A stretch of DNA of 64,000 nucleotides from Octopus vulgaris (taxonomy: Eukaryota), in the NCBI GenBank assembly GCA_951406725.2, contig OX597836.1, positions 186,001 through 250,000 on the forward strand. The letters are read 5' to 3'. The notes under the pieces were generated by a model. The model did no database searches, had not been told where the DNA came from, and saw only the letters and a program-made list of their open reading frames with translations. Shown in pieces: positions 39,030 to 51,700 of the stretch. Numbering within the stretch: position 1 is the first letter of the stretch; every line of letters starts with the position of its first letter. A program made the translations under genes and the position numbers.

Positions 39030-42000
39030 TGTGTGTGTGTGTGTGTGTGTACGCGTTAGTGTCTCTGAGTTTTGACTTTACGTAATCACTGTCATACAAG
39101 CAATGGTAATTATTTCAATCTTCCATGAAAATACAACAGGCCACTGGAAAATATCATCTTGCTTGGAAACAGGTGAAGGCATCCAGCTGAAGAAAATCTG
39201 CCTCAATGAGTTCCGTTTGCCCCATGCAAGCATGGAAATGTGGATGTTAACACAGGGCTGATGCACACACACGCATGTATACACATAGACATGTATATAG
39301 ATACACAAGAGTAACTCACAACATGACAATAATAAAACAGACCTGCTTTTAAGCAAAACTCTCCGATCATAGCATCAGGGTTTGCAAGTGGCCTTTGAGA
39401 TAAACAGCTAAGAATGAGGACATCAGCGTTCTTCAAGGGTCCAGTTTCCATCGGCTGAAAAATATGAACAATGAGAATATGAATTATAATCATTATCTAG
39501 TTTTTCTCTTCATGCATGTGTATATTTGTGTCTACGTGTATGTGTGCATGCATGTGTGTGTGTGTGGGGGGGGGTGCACTAGTGAGTGTGTATTTCATTT
39601 TACATGTAAAACAAGATAGTTTTAATTGACCTTGAGTACTAGCATCTACAGAATTGTGTGTGTGTGTGTACTGCCAAGCAAGGGATGGAAATATTAATTT
39701 GAAAAACAGCTCCCTGAAAAGACAAGCGAGCCCTAATGGAAATATATCTGTTCAGCAAAAGAAACTAATAGAATTAAGTACCAGGCTTTAAAAATAGATA
39801 TTGGGTTAGATTCAACTAAAATCCTTTGACTAAAAGAAGCTTGTTTCGTGTGTGTGTGCACGTGCATTCCCTTGCCTTGACATTGGGTGATAGTTGTAAA
39901 TAAGTGTCATTCATTTCCAATATTCTAATAAAACATGTTTAGCCACAAGGAAATACAGGGTGTGGACAGTATTTGAGGACATGCATTTTTAGTCATTATT
40001 TCATTTGAATAATTTTTATTGAACTTCTGTTCAGAAAATAACAATGACAGGCCCTATGCTTACTAATGAAATGAAAAGGTATGCTGTGATTGTGGCTTTG
40101 AAGGCAAAGTATGCTGATTTAGAAATTTCTCGTCTTCTGAAAGTTGCAAGATCTTTTGGCCACAAGACTTGGTCTGAGTTAGAGAAAGAAGATGGAAGCG
40201 TATTACCTGTATCAAAACGTAAAAAACATTCCAAACGCTCTGGTTCTATCAGGACACCTGAATTTATTCAGGAAGTTAAGCAAAACATTGAAGACAATCC
40301 AGGAAAATCCATGAGGTCAATTGCAGAAAAAATTTCGTATGTCAGAAAAAAACAATCAGAAATGTTGTGCATGAAGACATCAGGTACAAATCTGATGGGA
40401 TGAGGAGAGGTCAATTCATATCAGAAAAAAACAAAAGAAAATTGTTTAATCAGATCCAAAAGACTTTTGAACAAACTTAAAAACTTTGACCAGGACCAGG
40501 ACCAGAAAACTAACAGACAAAATGACAAATGGCTATGTGCAGACCCTTCTGAGATTCCAAGTGTAATGCCCAGAAAATTTCCAGCGAGTGCCATGATTAT
40601 GGGTATTGTCAGCAATTAAGTATGTGTGATGCTTCATCTCTTTTTTCCACAAGGCCTTAGGGTGAATGCTACTGCATATATTGAGGTTCTGGATAAAGTT
40701 GTTAAGCCTTGAATCAACAATGTATGCAATGAAAGGCCTTATGTCTTTCAACAAGATTCTGTGCCATCACAAGAATGGAGGGCCAGCAATTTGCATGATC
40801 ACATCAACCCCAACATTTGGCCTCCTAATTCTCCAGATCTTAATCCACTGGACTACTATGTATGAAGCATCATTGAGAAAATGTCAATGAACAACCCCAT
40901 AGCACCAAAGATTTTTGAAAGCTGCCATAGTTCAAGTCATGGCCAATATGAACAAGGACTGCTTAATCCAAACTTGTAAACAATTTTGACCCTGCATTGA
41001 GACATTTATTGATGTTTATGGTGGCTTTATTGAATGAAATTATTAGATTGATAATTTAGCTTTATGCTTATGTTATTTTTATAAAAATAGAGTTTTTTTC
41101 TGTTATTATATAGTGTTTTTTTAAACCATAAACCCGGCCTCAAATACTGTCTGCGTCCTGTATTTCCTTGCTTGGAAGCAGGCAAGGATTGGTGAAAGCA
41201 AATTAATCTAAGTGTAGAAAACCTGTGTCAATAAACTCCGTCTTTTTCATACATGCATGGAAAAGTGGACATTAAAAGAATGATGAGGATATACATATAA
41301 TTGTCGTAACAATAGCCCAGATCCTTACCACTTTTAACAATAAATCTTTTAGCTTCAAGTTATCTTTTAATCAAATCCCTCATTGATTTGTTGTTGGTAA
41401 TAGAACTTATTAAAACTGCTTGATTATTATTATTGTTATCATTATTATTATTATTATCATTATTATTATTAGCACAATCCAAGTGGGATTTTCTGGGCCG
41501 TTTTTTCAGCTGATGGCAATAAAATTATTTTATGGATCTTTGCAGTTTGGCTGCCAATTTTCAAAAATTCAAAGTTTATTGAAAAATTATAAAATTTGGT
41601 ACATTAATATAGTTTCCCAAGCTGAATCTTAGGAGATATTTCACTTTCTTTCCAGAAAAATTTCAAAAAAAAGTTATAGAGGTTTGAAGTTTGATAATTT
41701 CCACCCAGTCAGAAACAGGATTTGGAAGCTATCATTTTGTGTGTGACTGTACGTTTTGTCAACATCTTAAAAACAGCATGTGCTGTCAATATTCTGAAGA
41801 TTTTGTCTGCGACTGCGAGTAATATATTCTACATGTGTTGATAAATATATTCTACATGAAACATGTTGACGCTGTGTTCTGCTTGTGCTCTGGTTATATT
41901 TGTCACTGGATGTTTGCCGTCGATTGAGTTGAACTGGTCAATGAAGATATATTTCATTGACTGTGAGTGTGTGTATATATATATATACATACATACACAC

Positions 42001-45000
42001 ACACACACACACATAATTCGTTGACTGAAACAAAATCGCGAACATTTAACTGTAATATTGGATCTTTTCAAAGTTTATTGGAATATATTTGTCAACACAT
42101 GTGCATAGAATACATTTCTCGCAGTCACAGACAAAATAGTTCTCGTGTTTGGCTTGTTACTATGGAAACAGGCATGAATGTGTCTGTGACTTGACTAAAA
42201 TTACCCAAATTTTTCAAACTTTAAAAGCTAATAGCTCTTTATTTATTGATTTATTGTGAAAATGAATTTCAAACCAGTGATTAGCATATAAAACCATATC
42301 ATTACACCAAATATGAAATCAATTCGAGTAGGAATTGAACAGATTGAAAATTGGCAGATCAGACAGAAAAGATCCTATTTTATTTTTTTAAACTGCAGTT
42401 AGACTTAATGCAATAAAAAATCATTGATTGTTTTTGTTACTGTAATATTAAAAGCTGTTCAACTTACTTTAGGGTGTGTTGTTAGGGTAGACGTACCAGC
42501 AATGTACACAATCTGTAAGTCAAACACAAAGAGAACAATTTAAAAAGCAACATCAAAATTTTAGGATTTTTTAATGTCTGTTGTGGATTAGAAGAGTCTA
42601 AAAAGGAATAAGTTTGCTACAGAATTAGCAATAGTCAAAAACAGAGACACTGAACTAAATCAAAACATGCAAAGTATAATCGAAAAAAAAAAGGTATTGG
42701 GCTACATATAATCAAAAATAGACAAGAACTGAGCCAGACAGAGTCAAAACTAGAGAGTTACTTAATTAGATTATCATAATTGGAAATGCCATCACAAGTA
42801 AATATGCAAATTAGTGAGTTAAAACTAGAGAGGTACTAACTAGAGACAGTTAAACCTAGTGTGGTACTGAACTAGGCAAAATTATTGAGAAACTGAACAA
42901 GATATAATGTGATAACTAGTAAGGAACTAATCTAGAGACAGTCAAATACACTAAGGTACTGGACACGAGACAGTAAAAATTAACGAGGTACTGAACAAGC
43001 AAAACTAATGAGATATGGAACTAGATACAGGGAAAACATCCAGCCTGCTGTTTCACGTATTCAGTCTTCTTTTATCCACTACACCATCAGTTTTTAAACT
43101 GTGTAAAGTATACAGGTATAGCTATGCCTTTAAGAATTCCTCTTAAAAAAACGTGATACAGGTTTGATTCCAATACACAGCATCTGGGGCTAAAATCTTC
43201 TATGGTAGCTTTGTAAGTAATAATTGAGAGCTGGAAATCATACAAAAGTCTGTTATGGTCGCCATTTTTTTCCTCCATACTTGCTTGGGTTAGATAGGTC
43301 TTTTCTTGCAGAGTATTAGTTACTTGTTGCAGTTCATGTTCATTAGCTTTCACCACTTCTTCTCATGTCTTCCTTGGACTTGTTCTCCCACAGATTCCTT
43401 CTGCTTGGATCATTTCGTACTACTTTACCATACAATCAGCTTGCATCCTTATCACATACTGAACCAACAAAACTCTTTTCTCTTCTTCATTACATCGGAT
43501 GCCTACTCTTCTACAGTTTTCCCCTCAGCTCTTCTGTGTCCTTGTTTTTAACCTGCCTGCAATAACAATGCATTTCTTGTGCACCCTTAGTTTATAATAG
43601 AAACACCATTTGGAAGAATTCATATCAAGTCCTATCCCTTTTCCAATGGCAGTAGGATCCTGTTTCTGCCCCTGCTAACTAAAATTTTGAGAGTTCAAGT
43701 CTAGGTTTCACTTCCAAGTTCAGAATTTCTGCATTAATTCTTTGAGCAATTCAATTATGAGAAATAGGACAGGAGTATATACAAAAGTTTCCATGACAAC
43801 CAGTTTCAAACTTCACTTTTATGGCCAGAAGAAATATAATAAACAAGAGTGGGCTGCAAACTGGACACTGATGGACATCTACCATGGTGTTAAATTGCCA
43901 AATTTATTGCAAACTCACACCATGCTAAGGATGTCCCTATACACAGCTTCTATGGCAACAGACAATAGCATATGATGCGATATATTTTGATGAATAAATG
44001 CTTTTCTGATGTAATTTGATTGAACTATTAATTAAAACTTGAAATATAAAAAAACTTCTGACTCAACCTGGTACACACACATATCTTTTGACAAAAAATT
44101 GGCAAGAAAATTAATAAAATGGTGCTTGAAAACAAAAATGTCTTGTGATATTGTTCTATATGAGATCTTATTACTTTCACCATTGTAAATACAGTGAACT
44201 ACCGATTAGCCCATTGCAGTTTTGTTCACAAAATGCTATAAAAAAGCAAAATGAGTATTATAATGAATGAACTTACTTTCTCATACTGTGAAGAAATTAC
44301 CCAATTGCTACTGCCAAGACATACACCTGAGCTTGTGGCCATGGCATCTAAGGCACCAAAAAATTCCTAATTTAAAGACACATTAACAAACAAACATTAA
44401 TAAATTACACGTAAAATGTAAGAAAGCATAAAAGACAATAACAATATCAAAATATTGAAAATTCCTAAATTACAAGACCTTGGAAAACCTGGGACGAGGT
44501 GGTGAAGCACGACCTTTGAACTTTAGGTCTCACTGAGGAATTGACCAGAGACCGAGACCTTTGGAAATATGCTGTGCGTGGGAAGACCCAGCAGGACAAG
44601 TGAGATCATAACCCGTGGCCTCTACATGGGATGTAGCCAGTCCACTTATGCATACCTTTCCTTCTTGTGACACAAACCCTACTTGTGAAGACCTGTTGAG
44701 GCAAGTGAAAATCAAAATCAAAATTGAAATCGATCAACATCAATGGAAATTGTAGCTGTGATACCAGTGCCGGTGGCACGTAAAAAGCACCATCCGATTG
44801 TGAAAGAGTCGATTAAACTGATCCCGGTATTTGACTGATACTATATAATAAAGGTGATGATAACTGAAATGTAAAAATCCCTGGGAAATGTTGTTTACAG
44901 CATTTCTGAAAATAGCCAAAGAATCATTGCTTTGGCTTGGGTCAAAATACAGGTTTCTTGATATGTTTGACAAACCAAGATGCATAAACCAAACACCAAT

Positions 45001-45367
45001 CAACTCAAGTAATTTAGTAAAGCCATACACTGATTGGTCAGAATACAGTTTGCAAAACTTAACATCCTGGAGCTTATACAAATGTATTTAAAGCACATGT
45101 TTTAGCCATCTCACTACAGTTGTAAATTGTAAAACATAACTGTCACCACTACTACACGAAATTGAAGATTGCATAGTTTAATGCATGAAAGTACCAGTTC
45201 AATCAGAATGGACTTTCAATATTCTATCATTTCATTACATTATATTATAAGATTGTAAATAAAACATGAAAATCAGACAAAGTTCGAATTTCTTTGAGTA
45301 ATATATTCTTCTATACACAATCATACACATCCGTGTATATATGTACATACATGTATGTGTGTGTGTG

Positions 45368-45412
<45 letters not shown>

Positions 45413-48400
45413 TCATCATCAATTGACATGGTTGTCCATACTGGCATGGGTTGGACAGTTTGACTGAGCTGACATGCTGGAAGGCTGCACCAGGCTCCAG
45501 TCTGATTTGGCATGGTTTTCTATGGCTGGATGCCCATCCTAATGCCAACCACTCTAAGAATGTAATGGGTGCTTTTATGTGCCACTGGCACAGGTGCCAT
45601 TTGCGTGACACTGGTATCTGCCACCACTGTGACTTTTCTCGGCTTTATGGGTCTTCTTCTCAAGCATGACATAATGCCAAAGGTCTTGGTCATTGCTTCC
45701 ATGAGGCCCAAAGCTTGAAAGGAACTTGGCTACTTTGCCTCCATGGGGTCCAATGCTTGAAACGAACTCAGCCACCTTGCCTCAATGAGGCCCAACGCTC
45801 GAAAGGAACCCAAGCACCTCATCTCCATGAGGCCCAATGCTCGAAAGGAACACAGCCACTTTGCCTCTGTCAGGCCCAATCCTTGAAAGGAACTCAACTA
45901 CTATGCCTCCATGAGGCCCAACACTCAAAACAGAGCCACTTAGCCTTCGTGAGGTCCAATGTTCAAAAGTTGATTTTCTTTCATGCCACCAGCATGGATG
46001 CACTTGGCTTGACAGGCCTCTGAAGCAGAGCACATTGCCAAAGGTCTCAGTTACTTGTTATTGCCTCTCTGTGGTTCAAAGGTCAAAGATCATGCTTCAC
46101 CACCTCATCCCATGTCTTCCTGGATCTACCTCTATCACAGATTCCCTCAACTGTTAAAGATCAGCACTTCCTTACAGAGTTGTCCTCATCCACATGCATC
46201 GTATGACCATACCAGCACAGTCATCTCTCTTGCATACCACATCTGATTCCTCTCATGCCTAACTGTTCTCTCAAGATGCTTACACTCTGTTGAACATGCA
46301 CATCCAGCGAAGCATACTGGCTTAATTTCTCTCAAGTCAATGGATATCCTCAGCTGTTATAGCCCATGTTTCACTGCCGTGCATCAAACAATCTGCCTTT
46401 CACTCTGAGAGAGAGGCCCTTTGTTGCCAGCTGAGGTAGGAGCTCTCAGAACTTGGCCCAACTTAATCTTATGCTCACAGTTATGCTCTCAGAACATCCA
46501 CCTCCACCACTAACCTGGTAGCCTATATACTACTCTAGCTTGCCCCACTGGCAGTTGATGGAATCTATTTTCTGCACATGTTCAGCATTTATTATGCCTG
46601 TGAACCTTCCACATACAAAAGTTAGTTTCTCTGTTAACCTTACTTTGATGTTGCTGCACCTTTTGTGTGTCCAAAGCTTACACTAGGTGCATCTTATGGA
46701 GTTTCTACCTATGCCTTTTCTACAGACTGAACAGGGCCATCTACCTGAAGGGATTTGTGATTTTTCTGCCTTCCTACTTACTATGACTTTGGTTTTTGCT
46801 AGGTTAACTCTAAGGCCCTTTCATTCTAGATCTTGTTTTCATACCTGGAACCTCTTCTCTAACTCAGGTAGCAATTCAGCCATAAGAGCAAGGTCATCAG
46901 CATAGAGGAGCTCCCAGGGGCAGCCTGTCTTGAATTCTTCTGTTATTGCTTGGAGGACTATGATGAACAAGAGGGTGCTGAGCACCGATCCTTGTTGAAC
47001 CCCTACTTCTACCCTGAATTCTAGGCTGTACTCATTGCTCACCCTCACCTTACCAGTAGCGTCCTTGTACAAAGCTTCCACAGCTCTCGTCTATCCCTAG
47101 TTTCCGCATTGACCACCAGATAAGGGATCAGGGGACTTTGTCAAAAGCCGTCTCCAAGTCAACAAAAGCCAAGTACAGAGGTTTATCTTTGGCTATGTAT
47201 CTGTCCTGCAATTGCCTTACCAGAAATATAGCATCAGTGGTGCTTCTACCTGGCATAAAGCCAAACTGCATCTCATCTAGACTAATTCTCTCCTTAATTA
47301 GTTGGGCTATGAATCTCTTTGTAACCTTCATTGCCTGATCCAACAACTTGATAGCTATGTAATTATTTCTATTTATAAAGATATATATATATATATAATA
47401 ATAAATATTAGGGAATAAATCCAAATTTACAGGGAAAAAAATCAGATTTAGGATTAAATCCAATTTTATAGTAAAATATTATATAATATTAATTAGAGAC
47501 AAAACCACTATTTTGCAAAACAAACAAGGAAAGACTTAATCAATACATAAAATTTTAATAAAAAGTAAAAAAACGCCACTACAATTGTTTCATGTCTTGA
47601 TCGACAATCTTCAGGTGGATTTCCGATCTAAAATATCAATATTTTAAAATATAAGTATAAAAAATAATTTTAAAATAATTAAAGTATCAATGAATATATA
47701 ATCTATATATAACCTATATATAATCCATATATAATCAATATATAAACTAAAATAAACCTATCAACAATTAAATATAAAACAAAATAAAAATAAACTATAT
47801 ATACACCCATACACATATAACTAATTATATATTACCATATCTAAATACATACACTAACTCACACACCTATATATATATCCCTATACATACACATAAAAAC
47901 GTCTAGGCAACGATAAATAAAATTTGGCTATTTTATTTATTTATCGCTGCCTAGACGTTTTTATGTGTATGTATAGGGATATATATATAGGTGTGTGAGT
48001 TAGTGTATGTATTTAGATATGGTAATATATAATTAGTTATATGTGTATGGGTGTATATATAGTTTATTTTTATTTTGTTTTATATTTAACTAGCAGTATC
48101 GCCCGGCGTTGCTCAGGTTTGTAAGGGAAATAACTATAAAGCATTTTTAGAGAGTTATAGCCAAAAAAACAGCAAAAAAATGATGGTAAATTTTTTTTAG
48201 TTAAAAAAGGTGGAGTTGCGTCCCCTAGACAGTTTGTGGTTCGTGTTTCTGATTGTCGACCCTATGTCGAATTTATCGATTTTTTTCAGAACTGGGGGAA
48301 CTTTTCAAAATTTTCGCTGCGTTAGTTTTGAATTATGGCATTGGGCTATGTGTGTGTCAAGTTTCATCAGAATCGGTTGAAAGCCGTGGTCAGGGTGAGG

Positions 48401-48738
48401 GTACAAGCAAACAGACACACAGAAACACGCACAGACAAACTGCCGTTTATATAGAGAGAGATTGTTGATAGGTTTATTTTAGTTTATATATTGATTATAT
48501 ATGGATTATATATAGGTTATATATAGATTATATATTCATTGATACTTTAATTATTTTAAAATTATTTTTTATACTTATATTTTAAAATATTGATATTTTA
48601 GATCGGAAATCCACCTGAAGATTGTCGATCAAGACATGAAACAATTGTAGTGGCGTTTTTTTTACTTTTTATTAAAATTTTATGTATTGATTAAGTCTTT
48701 CCATGTTTGTTTTGCAAAATAGTGGTTTTGTCTCTAAT

Positions 48739-48771
<33 letters not shown>

Positions 48772-51700
48772 AGACCCATCAAGCCAAGTGAAATTGTAGT
48801 CGTGGCCGATACTGGCATCGTGTAGCTGGCAACCATGCCGGTGGCATGTAAAAAGCACTATTCGAGTGTTGAGCCTCATGGAGGCAATGTGGCCAAAGCC
48901 GGTGTCATGTAACTGGCTCGTAAAAAACACCATTCAAGCATTGGGCCTCATGGAGGCAATGTGGCTAACACTGGTGTCATGTAACTAGCACCCATGCTGG
49001 TAGCACATAAAAGCACTCATTACGCTCTCAGAGTAGTTGGCATTAGGAAGAGCATCCAGCTTTAGAAACCATACCAAATCAGACTGGAGTTCACCCCATA
49101 CCAGCATGGACAATGGACGTTATATGATGATGATGATATATTATATATATATATACACACACATATATATAAGGTTTCTCGCAAAGTTTTTTCCTCACCA
49201 GCTTTTCATTAAAACCAATAACTTGTACATGGGCAAGGCATGAGTTGATATCATCAAATGTATAACATTTCTTCCAGGTAGACGGATGTACAGCATCACA
49301 TACTGGAGGTGGTAGGGTTCTAGAAAAGCCAAAAAAGAAAAATTATCAGTTATGCTTGTTTTCATTTTGCCTTAAGTAGGCACTGATCAAGCAGGCATAA
49401 AATCAAGTGTTTCCATGACCATCCCATCAAGAGTCCATTTCCTCTTTCAAAATGATGATTATAATATCTGATATAATTTTACATTAAAATCTAAGCAGAT
49501 AATTCATGAAGTTAATCCTCTTCAAAAGCACACTCCACATCTCCCTATTTCTTATCTATTTACAATTCTATCATACTGTTGCTATCCACCTCTTCCTCTT
49601 TACCTACCACAATCCTTCCTTACTCATTGCTACTTTTTTTTTAATAAACCCCCTCCAAACTGAGATTCATCACTGACCATACCTCCACCAATGTTCACCA
49701 TTCGATGCATTCACCTCTAACCCCATCTCTAACCATCTGTCACTCTCCTTTCATGCTCTCCTGAACCCAACCCCATCTACCCATTCTCTGTTCCTGTTCT
49801 CTCTTTCTCCACCTTGAACTTGTGGGTTTGCCCTGACACCTCATCTCCACCATCTTTTGTGGTAACCAAGTCTCTCCTGTACAGGAAGACACCTGTCTCT
49901 GTCTTTCTATCCACAAATCTATAACCTTCAATATTGTATCCCCCACCCCATTCAGCTGAAAGCTTCTTGTCCTGCCAGTTACCTCAGACTTCACTAGTGC
50001 TGGTGCCACAAGAGAAGCATCCAGCACACTGCAAAGCAACTGCTACTAGAAAGGCATTCAGCCATAGAAACCATGCTAAAGCAGACATTACAGTCCCCTT
50101 CTCTCTCCCTCTCACTCTTTCATGTGCCTCCTTTATAGCAAGACACTGGTTTCTGCCTCTCTATTTCTCTGCTACACTCTAACCTTTCAACATCTGACAC
50201 AAGATACCCTCACTCCTCTCAAAATATCTTGTCTTGCAAGTTACTTGGTGACCCTGTCAGTGATGGTGCCATGTAAATAGTATGCAATTCACACTGTAAA
50301 GTGGTTGGCATTTGGAAGGGCATCCAACTGTAAAAATCATGTCAAAACTGACCTTGCCTGTGCTAGTGCCACATTAAACACACTGAGTCCACTCTGTGGA
50401 GTGGTTGGTGTTAGGCGGGGCATCCAGCTGTAAAAAACCCTGCCAAAACAGACAGAGTAGCCTGGGGTAGTCTTCAACCAGACTGGCTTCTGTCAACCAT
50501 CCTACCCATGCATGCATGAAAGACAGATGTTAAATGATGACAATGATGATGATGATGATATATATATGTTTGTATTATACCTTTATTACTGGATAAAGAT
50601 GTGAATGCCAGAACAGATCAAAAATATGGTTCTATCAGAAAACTGAAAAAACAATTGAAATTTTGGTGGTGCTTTTATCCTTTCAAATGCTAAGCTTATA
50701 GTCCTCCCCAGATGGATGCTATTTCACAACAGCTTGTTAGCATTCAGCTAACTAGACAATCGCATGCAAGTAATATCCATCAATTTGCAGTCAAATCAAC
50801 TCCGGTATTCAATTGGTTCTATTTCACTTATCCTCATTGTAAAATGAAAGACAAAATTGATATCGGTTCAAGTTGAACACATAATAGGGTAACTAAATAT
50901 TTTTAAGGCTCTTCTAAGAGCAGTATATTCCTTTAGTTTTCTAATCATTAATTCTATTATTCCAACCGAGTTATTATAAAATGATGAATAAGATTTACTT
51001 AATAATGTCTTCAGATTTCCATTTGGCAGAAACCTTTGATTTAGAAAAACGTTCAACATAGGTCACCAACTCTTCCATATATTGTCTATGGGGGGAAAAA
51101 AAGAGAAAATATCAGAAATAAATATTATATTACTGAAATGTAATTTTGAAGAAGGCAAAAAATAATATTCATAAAATCCTACCATAATGTTGTAAACAAG
51201 ACATTAGAAACCCAACATTTCTCTCATCTACTAATAGGAAAAAAACTTACATGCATTTTGTGGTCTTATTTCTATTGAAGTAGTGTGTCTATTTGTTTCA
51301 GTTAATATGATAAACTATGAATATATTTGTTTGTTTCACCCTTTCCTTTCACACTAGTCTCAAAGGTTTTGTAAAAAATCACAGGTGACACCTGACAAAG
51401 CCATAACCATATGATAGGTTAAAATTGCCGAAATGCAAGAAATTAAAGACAAAATATCTTACAAACTATAGAATTTTCTCAATAAAGCCAAGAAAAAATG
51501 ATGTTTTATAAATACATTCTACCAGTATACGAAGTTTAAAAGTGTTTAGTTTACTAGAAATTGTGTTGAAAAGTGCCGTTGAAAAGGAAAAGATCCGGAA
51601 TCGGCAAACTGAAGACTTGATCATAATGTTTGCAACAGAGTGGACTCCGTTAAAAGTAAGCAAGGTGCCACATGGCAATGCTAAATAAGTCTACTAATGC

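Larger units (their letters stand above)
47490..48740. repeat. ~430 bp near-perfect palindrome (Penelope-like inverted pLTR structure)
   Basis: 47490-47921 is the reverse complement of 47936-48089 joined to 48462-48740; about two mismatches noticed. Confidence 0.95.
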
